Position numbers and translations under genes: made by a program. A stretch of DNA of 64,000 bases from Octopus bimaculoides (taxonomy: Eukaryota): assembly GCF_001194135.2 (NCBI RefSeq), contig NC_068991.1, positions 43,179,028 through 43,243,027 on the forward strand, in the 5' to 3' direction. The notes beneath the pieces were generated by a model. The model had not been told where the DNA came from and did not search any database. It saw only the letters and a program-made list of their open reading frames with translations. Positions 34,348-48,129 of the stretch are shown here, piece after piece (within the stretch, counting starts at the first letter, position 1; each line of letters begins with the position of its first letter).

Positions 34348-37300
34348 GGCATCTCCAGCATTACAGCTACCTCAGTTTCTGGATTGCACGCTTATGGAAA
34401 TTGTAAAGAATAACCATTAATTTCAAAATATGGGGTAAAATTAGCAATGAAGAAGCTATAGAGAATATTTTATGTCGAGTTCCATTAATTTCATATCATT
34501 TGCCATTTTTCCATGATCCTCTTTCATTTGACTGAAATATTTTAAATTTTTGTTGCATTTCACATGTTGACAGTTAATTTCTCTTCTCTGTGGTGTGTGT
34601 GTGTATGAAGAGTTGTTTTGCATCACCATAATCCAATCAGCATTGTGTAATTCAGATCTGTTATTAATTTGCAGGGTGTACTTGTTAACTAAAATAGCAT
34701 CTTTTATTCTCAATTCCCAGTGTTTCTTTCAGTAATTTCGATAGAAACTTGGATGTCTTGGATGTGGCATTTTTGTAGGTGCTTTTCTATGGAAGATGCA
34801 TTAACATAGAGATGTTCTTCAATTCATATGTCAACTAGTCTGATGGTACTTCTGATGTAGCACTCACAACATTTGTTATACATGATGTTATACATCTTCT
34901 AGAACCACAGACATATATTTTTATCTTTGCTTTTGCAGTTAAGCAATGTACATAAGATCTTGTTTTGTCCTGGTTTGTTTTAGTTAAGACCCTCCTCAAA
35001 TTGTGTAGCAGATTGCAACAATTGCCTTTTTGTTAAAATATGGCAGTTTCAAAAAGTACATGTTATCCTTGGATGTGTAGGTATTGTTAGGGATGGTGAT
35101 CCTAGCACAAGCCATCTTAGATCTGATGGGCAGAGATAAATTATAATATATATATGTATTATCTAAAAAATACAGTATTATATATCCATCACAGCTCATC
35201 TTATCAACTGGCTTCATGCTAAGGATACAATGGAGTGTTAGGTAACAATCTGATTATATAACCTTATGCTCATCAGTATGTCAGTTGGGATAAGATATTC
35301 TAGGCACTTACCTTAGGAAGCACTTCTACAGATAGCAGGTATCTGAAAATTTCAAGAGGCGTATCTCCTTATGAAACTGTTATTCTAGATAAATAGAAAA
35401 TCTGCACACTATAAATAATGATATAAATTAAAGACTGATTTTGTGATATTGTTTTTATTTCCTAGTTTGCAATTGTTTCAACAATTTCATGGTGACTAAT
35501 CTTGTCATTTTGAGTTGAACCTGAATTGCTACGTTATAGAATTCACTAATGGCAGCAAATTTACTATTATCACCATATGTTCCATAACTACTTGTGTATG
35601 TTTCATATTTCTACATTATGCTGTTAAGAATAACTGAATGAAAATGCCTCCAATTATCGCAAGTTTCTTTTTGAGAATTTCAGTAATTTGTGCTGCTATT
35701 GAGCAAGAATAACACAAATATTAGAAAGCTTAATAAACCTATTGGCAACCTGATAAATAGATATAGTAACAATACCCCAACACTTAGATACCCACCTGGA
35801 GACATGTGTGTGATCTGTTGCATTTGATCATTCGTTTTGAAGCAACTGAAGTGCACTGATAACCTAACATTCAAGGAGGATGTTACATTTGCCAATTTCT
35901 TCTAAAGACTCAAGGCCTCAGCAACTGTCACTAATATCTCAGGGATTCCTTGAGTGTGCTTCTTTCTTTAGTAATTCCCTGACTCAAGCATTTCTTTATC
36001 ATTCTCATTGTCACTCTTTCTGATATTGAGCACCATTGCTAAGGAAACATGACTTAGAAATATCGAAGACTTCAGAAAGCACTACATAAAACTCCCACAG
36101 TGCTATGATAATATATTTCAAACCAATGACATAACTCAATGATGAGTCCAATTATGTGAAAGTTTGTAAATCAAACAAATACTCTTTATATTATATGCAT
36201 CATGTGTTTGTGTGTACGTGATAGTTACTCCAAACAAGATATGTGAGCCATACTTTCATGTCAAATGTATTTAAGTTTTTTATGAACTTGGTAGTTACTC
36301 AGAGCTGAAATATATTCCTATTCTGAAAAAGAAGCTAATCTTTTGTAATGCAGTCTGTAAAATGTAAGATATGTGTAGTTATGATAAGAATCCATCTGTT
36401 CATTTCACATAAATCTAATTATGTCCAAAGAGGAAGTACATTACCTACGCATACGTGCACAAGCAAAGTAGCCAGGTGTTTATCTAGTTATCTTCATTTT
36501 TCACATTTGGGTGAAATGTTACCTGTGTATTTTGAATTATACTTAAATCAGGCATACTTCATTTCACATAATTGTCAAAAGCACCATATCCACTTGTGTA
36601 AAATGAGGGCTTTAATAAACTGACCAGGTCTCTTAGTGTGTATTTGGGCACAGCAGTTAAATCTGTAGACCTCACTTCACATAACTGTCTGGAATACCAT
36701 ATCAATTTATGTATAAAGTAAGGACTTTAAATACACGGGATCATCAGGATTAAAATAGCATTACTACCAAATGTGAAAAAAAAGATAACAGGATAAAATA
36801 TTTTATTAATCTTTAGGTACAAGAAGTGATGGTTGCATCATATTTGTAGGTATTAGATTATTTGAGATTGTTTCCTATGACAAACTAGGTTTCTATCCAG
36901 AGGAAAACTTACCTTTCTACTACTTAATGATATAAGAACAAGATCTAAGTACTGAGCCTTGAAAACTCTTCAGGGCTTAGGAGGTATTTGGATTCTGAGG
37001 AAGGAGAATGGTGCACTAAACTGAAGGTTAGAGTGATTTTGTAATAAAAGGAAATTCAATATGGCAGAACTTCTGAGAATAGGATTTAAAAAGAAAGATA
37101 TAGTACAGGATTGGTGCAATGCATCCCTTCTGGTCAAGTTACCTCTAATACAGCAAACAAGTTCTGAAGAACATACATCATTATAATAGAAAGAAGTAGA
37201 TAGGGAAGATATAGTACAGTGACAGATAAATGACTTAAAACTTTCAGAAAGGGAGTTGGCTTTAAAATAGATACCAAACTATGTGAAAACAATCTGGTAA

Positions 37301-38439
37301 GATTTTGTTTTAAATAAATAAAATGTCAAAAAGAAAGAAAAAAGACAAGAAAAAGCTATAAAAATGTATAATCTTAAGAAATAACTCTCAATTTTTTTAT
37401 AATTTCATAGTGCATATTAATGCAAACTCTTGGTGTAATAGAAATACTGTATGAACTTAGGTCAAATAAACAAAGTCTTGATAAGAATTGTGACTGATAA
37501 AAGTTGTTTATTTCATTGGCTGAAATAACAAATTTGAGCATTTTAAGGTGATAAAAAAAATCACGAAAGCTACACATACATTGAATTAAGATTAAACTTG
37601 GTTAGCTTTTTTTTCTTTTCTGGAGGTTACATTTCTTATGATCAAATATATTATGGTAAATCATGAAGAAGTAAAAGAGACACAAGAAGGGAAACCCTTC
37701 TATATAATATAATGAGTAATTACATTCCACACCAAAGGGTCTCCTTCTCACTTCAGAATTTATTTTAATTTATGACTAAGAGACCTAAACCTGTCAGTGT
37801 TGCTTCATAATAAGATCTTGCAATATATCATCAGCATATTCTTCTTTCAGTATTTATCTAGGCTATTTTTTTTTTCAATTAGTTTATCTTCAACTGAACA
37901 ACCTCATTACATACAAACATACACATACATACATTCATACACATACACACACACACACACATACATACATACATACATACATACATACATACATACATAA
38001 TACATACATACATACAAACAAACAAACAAACAAACAGACAGAGAAGGAAGATAAACAAAAAATCTGAAAAAAATTGAAACATGGTGGCAGTTTCTGAGAA
38101 ACAGTAGATTGCATAGATAACATGCTGCATCATATGACCAAATGGAAATAGTCTACAATGCATAATGTATAACTAGTAAAATAAACAATATTCTTTTGTT
38201 TAATTATCATTTATGTTTTATGGTATGACATAGTTGTAATCTCATTTTAACATCAGTTATAAATTTAACAGATTTTTTTAAACAATATTGGGAAAGAAAA
38301 AGAAATGCATACAGATACCCTTGAATTTTGCAAGTATATATGTATATATATATATATATATATCATCATCGTTTAACGTCTGTTTTATGAGCAGATTTCG
38401 CTATTTTTCTCAACATAGGTTTCCCTATTTTCTTCCAAG

Positions 38440-39065
38440 TGTCCATATTTATTATTAAAATATCACTTCCAGTATCCAACTGAAGTTTAATATGTATTCC
38501 ATTTATTTTTATGTGTATGAATTTTCTTATTTAGGAGTCGATTTTTGTTTCTGCTGAGAACACTCAAGGATTTTTAACATTTGACCTTCGTACTTTTGTT
38601 CTGCAATGTGAACTCTTGTGACCAATTCTTTTGCAACTGTAGCATTTTTGATTTTTGAATGGACAGTCTTTTCTGTAATGTATGCCCCCCCGCATCCATA
38701 ACATGGATTAGGACATGGTGCTCTTTTTTGGTTGTACTTTTCCGGTCGGCATATCTGTATTTTTAAGGAATCCTTTTCTTGAATTTTTTCTACATCATGT
38801 TTCACATTTACTATCCTATGGCATTCTTCTGCCATGGATTGTAAGGTAGGTCTTGGTTCGTTTGCTTCAATTTAGAAAGAATTCTTGCCCGAATTTTTGT
38901 ATTTTTGCTTGCTGTAAAGCCCTGTAAAAAAATAAGACACTAGAACATCTCAGGTGTAAGTTCTTTGAGTTTAAAACTTTCACGCATCCTGTTGACTGTT
39001 CCTGTGTATGTGATAAAATCATCATTCTCTTTTATCGTTATATTCCAAACAAACTGAGGCATTCC
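38440..39065 (-). mobile_element. Gypsy gag remnant with zinc-knuckle region
   Basis: FKLKELTPEMF*CLIFLQG...KIRARIL; MAEECHRIVNVKHD; PNPCYGCGG followed by frameshifted CCHC knuckles. Confidence 0.75.
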
Positions 39066-39067
39066 AT

Positions 39068-39520
39068 TGAACCAGGGATGATCTGGTTCTTCTCAGATGA
39101 AAAGAACTTCTGCCAAACCAGTTGTACAATACCCAGATGTTGTCCTATGTATCACGAAAACCAGGTTTTCCAAAATTATGATCGTCTTTGGATGTGTCTC
39201 CAGTGAGAGGGACATCATGCAGCCCCACATCTTTGAAAAGTGCTTTTCTGAAGGTATTGCAAGGAACTGATTTCTGCTGCCATATGTATGGTCTTCCAGT
39301 AGCAACCCTCTCCAGCTAGGGATTGACCACAGTACTTTAAGCTCAATTCAGACAGCTATTTGAAGCTGCTGGAGATTGTGGTCAATCCCTAGCTGGAGAG
39401 GGTTGCTGCTGGAAGGACATATGTATGGCAGCAGGAATCGGTTCCTTGCAATACCTTCAGAAAGTGTCAGAAGTGGTTGTCAGAGAATTTCCACAACTTC
39501 ACCAGCCCCAATTTCTGACC
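39068..39520 (+). mobile_element. Mariner-like (maT/DD37D-related) transposase remnant containing an 88-bp inverted duplication
   Basis: GMIWFFSDEKNFCQ; IVFGCVSSE.DIMQPHIFEK; KLNSDSYLKLLEIVVNP*LERVAAGRTYVWQQESVPC...KWLSENF. Related to 48130-49260. Confidence 0.85.
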
Positions 39521-39539
39521 TCCTAATTTGGTTTCCTCA

Positions 39540-40040
39540 TGCAGGGCTATAACAGAAAGCACTTGCATGAGGTGCCATGCAGTGGGACTGAACTCAAGAC
39601 AATGTAGTGGGAAAGCAAATTTCTTACTACACAACCATGCCTGCATCTCTCTCTCCCTCTGTCTATCTCTCTCTCTCTCTCATGCACACATAAATATATA
39701 CACATATACATATGTACACATATGTGTATACCTGTGTTGTGTAACTGGCACTTTGACACGTAAAAAGTACCCTTCAAACATTGGGCAATATGCTTGAGAA
39801 GACTTGTCAAGCCAAGTGAAACTGTAGTCATAGCCGATGCCAGTGGCATATAAAAAGCACACTTCCAGCTTTGAGCCTCACCGAGGCAGTGACAAGTGAT
39901 CAAGACCTTTGGCAATATACCATGCTTGAGAAGACCTGTCTAGCTACGTGAGATTGTAGTCATGGCTGATGCCGGTGTTTCATAACTGGCACCCATGCCG
40001 GTGGCATTTAAAAAGCACTTACTATATTCTTGGAGTGGTT
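39540..40040. mobile_element. SINE family A 5' fragment (minus, about 39540-39650) and RTE 3' UTR fragments (plus, about 39745-40040)
   Basis: Similar to the copies described above. Confidence 0.65.
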
Positions 40041-40303
40041 CGCATTTTAAAAGAAGCCTTTCTGATGTGGTAGATGCAGTGACTGACAGCTGGCATGGTC
40101 CAGAGTTGGTGTCGTATGGTTTTTATGGTCACAAGTTTGCATGGAATTTAAGAATTCATTAAATTATTTTACATGAAGATGACTTTATGAAACTTTTATG
40201 GGGTGTATTTGTAATCCTATATACTACACTTATCCATAGATTAGACACAACATTCTTTCATGACAAGTGTGCATCAAGCATTTTATCTAAAATAAACAAA
40301 TAC

Positions 40304-40355
<52 letters not shown>

Positions 40356-41384
40356 CTCAGATAGATAGGCACACATACATTTATAAATAAATATAAAATG
40401 CAGTGATATTACAAGCTATCTCCAATTTTTAATGTCAATTTTAAACATAAGTGTATGCAAGTCTAATCAGAAGTCATTTCAGTTTAGTCTAAATACCATA
40501 GCATATTATTAATTTGAAGCAATTTTTAAGATGGCAGGGTGAAATTTGATGGGGATTTGATTGCTTTTGTAGCAGGATGACCTACTGTATAGAGGCAGAA
40601 TTGAGTGACCTAAAGGTGTACAACAGTAACTTGTAAACTGAAGTCTATATCTTTGTTCCCTGTAATCATTTATCAGAGTGGATATGAATCCTCTTCTAAT
40701 ACAGTAAAGTCATTGTATTTGGGTATTTACTGGGACTTGTGGGCTCTGCTCGAGGGGTCCCTATGTAATCACTTTATGTGAAGGAAACAGCAGCCAAATT
40801 TCACTCAAGCCACACCTTAGTATCAGGAAAAAGGAAGGATACATTAAACAATGTAGTTCTAGATATACAAAAGATGGTGGTGCACAATTCTTGAACATCT
40901 TCAACTACAGGTCTGCTTGATCGGGGCTGAACCACTAGAACAATTACTAAAAAACTTCTACATCAATAGCAATATCGACCATCTTGACAAGTTTTCCTGA
41001 AAAAAAAAAAAAAAAAGCAAAGGAAGGAAAAGGAAGTATATGGGTCTGGACAACTTTTAAATAATACACAGTACTCATATGACATCATTTATTAACCCTC
41101 AGACATCATAGTGCAGAAATGAGACAATCCTACATACAGAAAAATAATAACACTTAACCCATGATTACAATACAAAGAATTTCTTAAGTATTTTTCAGTG
41201 GGTGGCCACAAATGCACACTGATTTTTTAAAATCTTTTCATCCTTTTATACAAACTTGGTGAGGGTGATTTCTTCATATTGCCAATGATTTGAACATGTC
41301 TGTTAAACCTTTTGCTATCGACTTGCCTTAGAACAACCCTGGTTCTATGATGCAAACTTCCTGTGTTCTAAACACCAGCTTAAT

Positions 41385-41600
41385 AATCCTTTCTACTATA
41401 GGCACAAGGCCTGAAATTTTGTGGAGTGGGGACTAGTTGATAACATCGACCCCAGTACTCAACTGGTACTTAATTTATTGACCCAGAAAGGATGAAAAGC
41501 AAAATCAACCTCAGTAGAATTTGAACTCAGAATGTAACAACGGACGAAATGCCGCTAAGCATTTTGCACAGCGTGCTGACGATTCTGCCAGCTCACCACC
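41385..41600 (-). mobile_element. SINE family B copy
   Basis: Reverse complement of the copies at 57340-57565. Confidence 0.85.
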
Positions 41601-41624
41601 TACACCAGCTTATTAACGACAGTT

Positions 41625-43320
41625 ATTTTACTAAATTCTACCAGGATGTCGTCTATATAGAAATTGGTCAAATTTTTTTACCTTGTCCACCTTTCCCAAG
41701 ATAGATTTGAGCATTGTTGCCATGATCTTTGGTGCAGAATTCAACCTGAAACCCAGCTCAGTCAGACAGTATATTTGGCCCTTATAATGCACCAGCTGAT
41801 ATTGCCATAATTTCTCACTCACATGGAGCTGCAGATATGCCAACTTCAAGTTGACAATTGTTGCAGCCCTCATCAACTGTCTCCATTCTTGCATTGTTTC
41901 TCTGCAGTTATCAGTAACCTCACCGTCCATGTGGCACATTGCATAGCCAGTCAGCTCTTGAAAGTCCAGTACTGACTTGACCGTAACTTTGTTGGCTGTA
42001 CCACTGCCATGAGTGGCAGCACTTCACTCTTCACTTCCTCCTTCCACAGGATTAGGATACCTTCTCTGATCCATCTATCTATGTCTCCTTCGAACTCGCT
42101 CCTGGCATCTCCTTTCAAGGTATGCTGATAACAGCTTAGCCTGTACAGCAATATCGAGGGTCTCCTTTCCAGCACCACTCAACAGTTCACTGCTGACTGT
42201 TGATCACTACCTGAAAATGTTCAACTTCAATGGTGTAAGCGGTATAATTCTCCCCAGGGTTCAGCCCACTCTCATTGCAGACTCACAGTGCATGATGCCC
42301 CTGCGCCACTAAATGAAACCATGTCTCCACTAACAACGACACCTCCTAGACAGTTGATAGTGTCCATGTCCATCACCACATCAATTCCATCTACCACATG
42401 GTTGATCACAGTTACTCACAGCCTTAGTGTTGTGTCCTCCACTTGCTGCTACCCTTACATCTAATTTCAATACTGTCAACCACCCTAATACTACTCACCC
42501 CTTCCACTTTTTAGTTACCTTTGGGGTCATGAGAGACGTTGAACAACCTATATTCACAAGGGTTTTGAATGCCTTTCCTCCAACCAGTATTTCAACTATA
42601 GGCAGCAACCTTATGAGAGACTCTACTTGCTTGCAAGGGAAGTTTGAGAGGTAGCAACGTCTTTGTGGCCTTTTCCCTGGTTGCAGTTTCAAGCTACATG
42701 CTCTGTCCACTTGCACTGGTAGCAAATGGGTTCGGACTTCATCTCCTTGCTGTCCCTTGCCATGTGTGGTCCCTGGCACTTGAAACACTGGCCCATAAAT
42801 GGTTGTGGAAACTCCAAGGTGGCTTTTCTCTCCTCATTCTTCGTCAGTTGTCATATGACACCATGGGCTTCTGTAGCTGCCATTACTACTGCATTCTGCC
42901 CAATGTTTTGCATCGACACACGGGTTTGTGCAACAAGTTCACTCATCAACATCTCACTGCTCGGCAGTTGTTGCAGCCACACTGATATGCCGTCAGGGGA
43001 ACCATTTACAAAAGCTAACCATGCTGGCTGCATACATGTCCACTTGTTCTCCTGTCCACTTGACCTTTCCTAGTTTGGTGAATACAGTATATGATCCTCC
43101 TGTAAATGCTTCCTTTAAGTGCTGTTCAATCTTCTCTGTATCCACCTGGCCTGTTTCGTCTATTTTGAGGTACAGTGCCAATGCATTTCCCTCCAGATAC
43201 AGAACCATGAGACCTGCTACATCTTCAATGCTTTACAACTTGACCACCACTTTGATCTTCTGAATCCATGTGGTAACATGTCCCTTGCCAAAGAAAGGTC
43301 TGATGGAATCACTTACTGAT
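41625..43320 (-). mobile_element. Gypsy gag-protease-RT remnant
   Basis: LYLEGNALALYL (gag), RRCY.. knuckle, LVNIGCSTSLM (degenerate DTG), IDRWIREGIL, PLMAVVQPTK, LKLAYLQLHV...YCLTELGFRLNSAPKIM. Confidence 0.88.
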
Positions 43321-43499
43321 CCTTATTTCTGCTGACATATCATGGAAGACGACAGAAAAAGAAAATACAGGAAGGTTGAAATAGCTTATAGTATGAACAA
43401 AGTGCAATTCACCTACTTCTCAGGTTACCTCAGGTCAACTGTTCAACTGAGTTATATCTGAAAAATGTCCTACATGCTAACCTACCACTAGAACCTAAT

Positions 43500-43680
43500 A
43501 GCAAAATTCCCTCTCTAGCTTATACGTCCACACACGTCCATCTGCCACTGCTGTTCCAAAACAAAGAGACCCACACTGGTCCTTTGTCTGCCCACCTGAC
43601 CTCCTTCCCCCCACCCCAGTTGGGCCCCTCAGCCATCGACATCACTGACCCTTTCCTCATGGCTCACCTCATCTCCACAG
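43500..43680 (+). mobile_element. Penelope-like fragment
   Basis: Similar to the linker/GIY-YIG region at 24200-24400 and 49370-49480. Confidence 0.4.
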
Positions 43681-43708
43681 TGTATATATATATATATATA
43701 TATACATA

Positions 43709-44935
43709 CAGGAGTTGGACAAAATAATGGAAACACCTTAAAATTTCAAACAAATTTATTTTAATATGGGGTAGGACCGCCTTTGGCAGTAATTACAGCT
43801 TGAATTCTATGAGGTATGGACTTGCACAAAGTTTGAATTGTTTCCAAAGGAATTTTTGCCCCTTCTTCAGCTAAAACAGTCTCCAGTTCTTGTAGTGATG
43901 ATGGTGGAGGATATCGACTCCTTTCCTGTTTTTCTAAAATGTACCGTAAATGTTCAATAATATTGAGATCTGGGAACTGTGGTGGCCAGATAAGATGTTC
44001 AATTTCACTAGAATGTTCCTCGTGCCATTCAGTAACAACTTTAGCTGTGTGAATTGGTGCATTATCATCCTGAAAGATTGCGGTTCCCTCCAGAAAAGTT
44101 CCACAACCATAGGATGAATTTGATCAGATAAAATGCTTAAATAATCTTGACTATTAATTCTGCCATGAAGGGAAACCATTGGGCCAGCAGATTTCCAAGA
44201 TATAGCCCCGCCAGATCATTACAGATCTTCCTCCATGTTTAACAGTTGAAAGAAGGCACTCTAGGTCAAATGCTTCTTTTGGCTGTCTCCACACATATAC
44301 TCGGCTAGTGGTTGGAAATAGGGTAAAGGATGACTCGTCCAAGAAAATAACATTCTTCCACTGCTCTAGGGACCAATTCTGTAGGTTTTTGCTTTACTCT
44401 AAATGCTTTGCAACGTTTGTTTTTGAAAGTAGTGGTTTTCTGATTGCAGCTCTCCCGTGAAATCCGGCTTTGTGCAGCTCCCGGTGAACAGTTTTTGTGA
44501 AAACTGGGTTCTTCAGGTGGTCATTAAGCACTGCNNNNNNNNNNNNNNNNNNNNNNNNNNNNNNNNNNNNNNNNNNNNNNNNNNNNNNNNNNNNNNNNNN
44601 NNNNNNNNNNNNNNNNNNNNNNNNNNNNNNNNNNNNNNNNNNNNNNNNNNNNNNNNNNNNNNNNNNNNNNNNNNNNNNNNNNNNNNNNNNNNNNNNNNNN
44701 NNNNNNNNNNNNNNNNNNNNNNNNNNNNNNNNNNNNNNNNNNNNNNNNNNNNNNNNNNNNNNNNNNNNNNNNNNNNNNNNTCTGATGATATCTGAAAAGA
44801 AACAGCAATTTTAGCAAAACATATTAAGCAACACTAATAATAAATCAAAAAACATAAAAATAAACAAGTTTTTGACACTTTTATAGATATTTCAAAATTA
44901 TGATGCTATGTGTTTCCATTATTTTGTCCAACCCT

Positions 44936-44937
<2 letters not shown>
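43709..44937 (-). mobile_element. Tc1-like DNA transposon with DD36E spacing, both TIRs present, internal gap
   Basis: TIRs CA(GGA/AGG)GTTGGACAAAATAATGGAAACAC with TA flanks in (TA)n. Translation gives DESSFTLF, TVKHGGRSVMIW and FQDDNAPIHTAK...WPPQFPDLNIIE, with 36 residues between D and E. Confidence 0.92.
44535..44780. other. Assembly gap
   Basis: N run inside the Tc1-like element. Confidence 1.
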
Positions 44938-44969
<32 letters not shown>

Positions 44970-45699
44970 AGCTCTGCATAGCTGAGCAAGCTGAGATACT
45001 TAAAGATTCTCTGAAACCTGGGTCGCTGAATACTCACCAAGAAATCTTAACACAATGCATCCATTTCAAGCGCTACCTGCTGGAAACGTAGAATTCCCCA
45101 TTCATTGACTAAGCCCAGAAAAATCCTTACGATCCATTAGCCGGTCAAGGAATAGATTCCTTATTTCCCCTTTCGAAATAGCTGGTCTAGGGGAGATAAC
45201 TCGTCCTCACTAATGCCAGACATTTTATTCTCTGATGATCATTTGACCAATGACCGTGACAACTTTTCATCTTCAAGAGGTGAAGAGTTAAATTTGTCTT
45301 CGGACTAGAGTCTGATGAGTCATCCACAAAGCTACGGCCTTCATTGATGCAAAACCATTGGTCACTCGGTTACATACATACACACCAAATGATTCTTATT
45401 TTACTTGCATCTAGTTAGTCGTATGTCACTGACCATCCACGTGTATTTGTTGTCATTTGGCGTTATTATGTAAACAAAGAAATCGTGTGTGCGTACCTAA
45501 CATAAATCCTAGGAAGTTACTCTGTAGCAAAATTGGGACTTCGGTCTAATTACATTACCCCAGAGTGCATTATTCGGATATTTGGTTTCTAGTTACGCTG
45601 TCCACAACCCTAACCGTTCGGTCTTTTCAGACAGTGCATTCATTCTGTTTGTAGTGCATAAATGTAACAGATACACAATTCTTGCATGAAATTCAATGC

Positions 45700-46600
45700 T
45701 GTTAGCTGTGTTTGAAACACTCACGAGTAGATTCTTGCAGTAAACGTTACCTAAAACTAAACCTTGCAGTTTTTTTCCATCCTTGTTCACAACAAACCAT
45801 AGATTGGCTCGCGAGTGAGGCTAATTGCAGATATCCAGGGAAAAGGAATGAGGTAGAGAGAGAGAGAGAGTGTGTGTGTGCGTGCATGCGCGCGCGTATG
45901 TGTGGGGGTGTGAGAGCGCGCACGCACACACACGCACACATTTATATACATACAAATATATACGTACATACCTACATATATATGTGTGTGTGTGTATATA
46001 TAAAAACATACAGTTTATATTCATTTAAAAGAAGAAAAAGGGAGATAGGGAAGTTAATTGTTAATTATCAACAGCAAATTGGTCATCTTCACTTACAACC
46101 GTTTCTATTAATACTCAATAAACATTAAATTTACATTTATGCGGCATGAGCATAATATCATCAGATGGAAAAGATGTACTTTTGGATGGTATATGTGTGT
46201 TTGTAAATTCATATTAGCAGAGTCTGCTAAAACAAACACACACACACACACGTACGTATGTATGTATGTACATCAACAAATCATATTAAGCTGTCTGGAA
46301 GCTATAAATGATAGCATAAAATATTTTGGGTTAAAAAAGCCGAGTTAGGAAAGTAGTCGAAAGCTACCAATCTAGCTAGGAATGTTAAAAATGGCAAATT
46401 AGATTAAGTAGTCCTAGGTAATGTTTGCCTAAACATAGAGCTGGATCGCCTTTTGACCATAAGTCTGTTCAATCAGAGCTAAATAACAAACCCGAATTTG
46501 GACAAAAAATGAGGAAATGTATTTATTCGAAACCAGTTTTCATTGACACCGTATATTTCTGGTTTGCTATGTCACCACCGATTCCAGGTATGCTTATTTA
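45700..46600 (+). promoter_or_regulatory. Candidate promoter and first non-coding exon region for B3GAT
   Basis: Locally higher CpG, ATTGG (CCAAT box) next to the palindrome CTCGCGAG at about 45803-45815, and a donor-like CCAG|GTATGC at 46587/46588. Inference only. Confidence 0.25.
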
Positions 46601-46992
46601 CTGTTTTGAGAAAATAAATAGGGTTTTTTTTCTTTCTAATTTTATCATTCTTACATCATATTTGCCCTAAATATTCTTGTTTTGCGTCGTTTTTAAATTC
46701 TGAATTGGAAATCGTAATTTCACGTGCATTATTTTTTTGGAACAACTTCGTAACGTGTATCATCTGTGTATCGCTTTCGAAAATGTGTCTTTATCATTTT
46801 ATCTATCTATCTATCGATCGATTGATCACTGTTTATCTGTCTGTCTTTTCTTTCACCAAATGTCTACAAAACTGATTGTAACTAGTGTTCTTTGTTATGT
46901 GGATTTGACAATCTATTTGTCAGTCTCTCTTTGTCACTCTTCTTTCTTTCTTTTTCCCTTCTCTCTCTCTCTTTCCTCATACGTGTGTGTAT

Positions 46993-47026
<34 letters not shown>

Positions 47027-47607
47027 GTATATTATGGGACCTAGTGCGGTCCCTGGCCTTGCCACATCCTGTCAAGCCGTCCAATCCATATCATCATGGA
47101 AAACGGACGTTAAATGATGATGATGATGATAATAATGACGATATATATATATATATACACTCACAGATGCACACACGAGATGTCAAGACAAGGCTAGACA
47201 CCCAAGCACACGCGCACGCACACATATACGTATGTATGTATGCGTATGTTTATATGTATATTTCCGTGAACCAAATCCATTCACAAAGCTTTGGTCAGCC
47301 CTAAGCTATAATGAAAGGCATTTACCTAATGTTCCATGCTGTGGGACTGAACCCGAAGCCACATGGTTAGGAAACAAGCTTCTTAACCACACTGCCTCGC
47401 CTGCAACCTATCAACAGTATGTCATCTCTCTTGTCCTTTTCCTGTATATTACTGCCCCTTACTCCCCTAACTCACACCTAGCCCCTCTGCCCCACTCATT
47501 CCTAATTACCGCTTACTTTGAAGAGCCACCCTGACCCCTCATCACCAACTCCACCCAATCATTCCTACTCTCATTTCTAAAATTCTACTGCTAGAAGTCT
47601 CTCTCTC

Positions 47608-47638
<31 letters not shown>

Positions 47639-47640
47639 CG

Positions 47641-47650
47641 NNNNNNNNNN
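47641..47650. other. 10-N gap with duplicated (CT)n flanks
   Basis: GAAGT(CT)n..CG appears on both sides, consistent with an unmerged overlap. Confidence 0.95.
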
Positions 47651-47664
47651 GAAGTCTCTCTCTC

Positions 47665-47695
<31 letters not shown>

Positions 47696-48129
47696 CGCCT
47701 GTTGCCTAGCATAAAGTTGTTCCCTTTGGGGTTCATAATCTTGCAAGCTGCATGACAACCTCACTAGTGCTAGTAGCATAAAAAAGGTCCCCAGTACACT
47801 TTGTAAAATGGTTGGTATTAGGAAAGACATCCAGTCATAGAAACCATACAAAGTAGACACTGGAGTGCAAAGCAGTCATCATTGACTCCATCTGATCCTG
47901 TCAAATCATCCAACACATGCCAGTATTGTACATGGACATTAAATGATGATGTTAATGATATATATATATATATATAACATCATCACTATAATTCTGTATG
48001 GCTCAGACAATGTTTATTGAGGCAGGTGCCCTTCCTGTCTCTAACCCTTATATGTTTCCAAGCAAGATATTTCTCCATGCCCACACATCTTTTTGCAGAA
48101 TATTAGAAATGAAAGAGTCATTTACATTT

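Noticed and set aside
45310-45345. CTGATGAG hammerhead core
   Set aside because: No stem II or GAAA follows.
47584-47697. Direct duplication around a 10-N gap
   Set aside because: Identical (CT)n flanks indicate an unmerged contig overlap.
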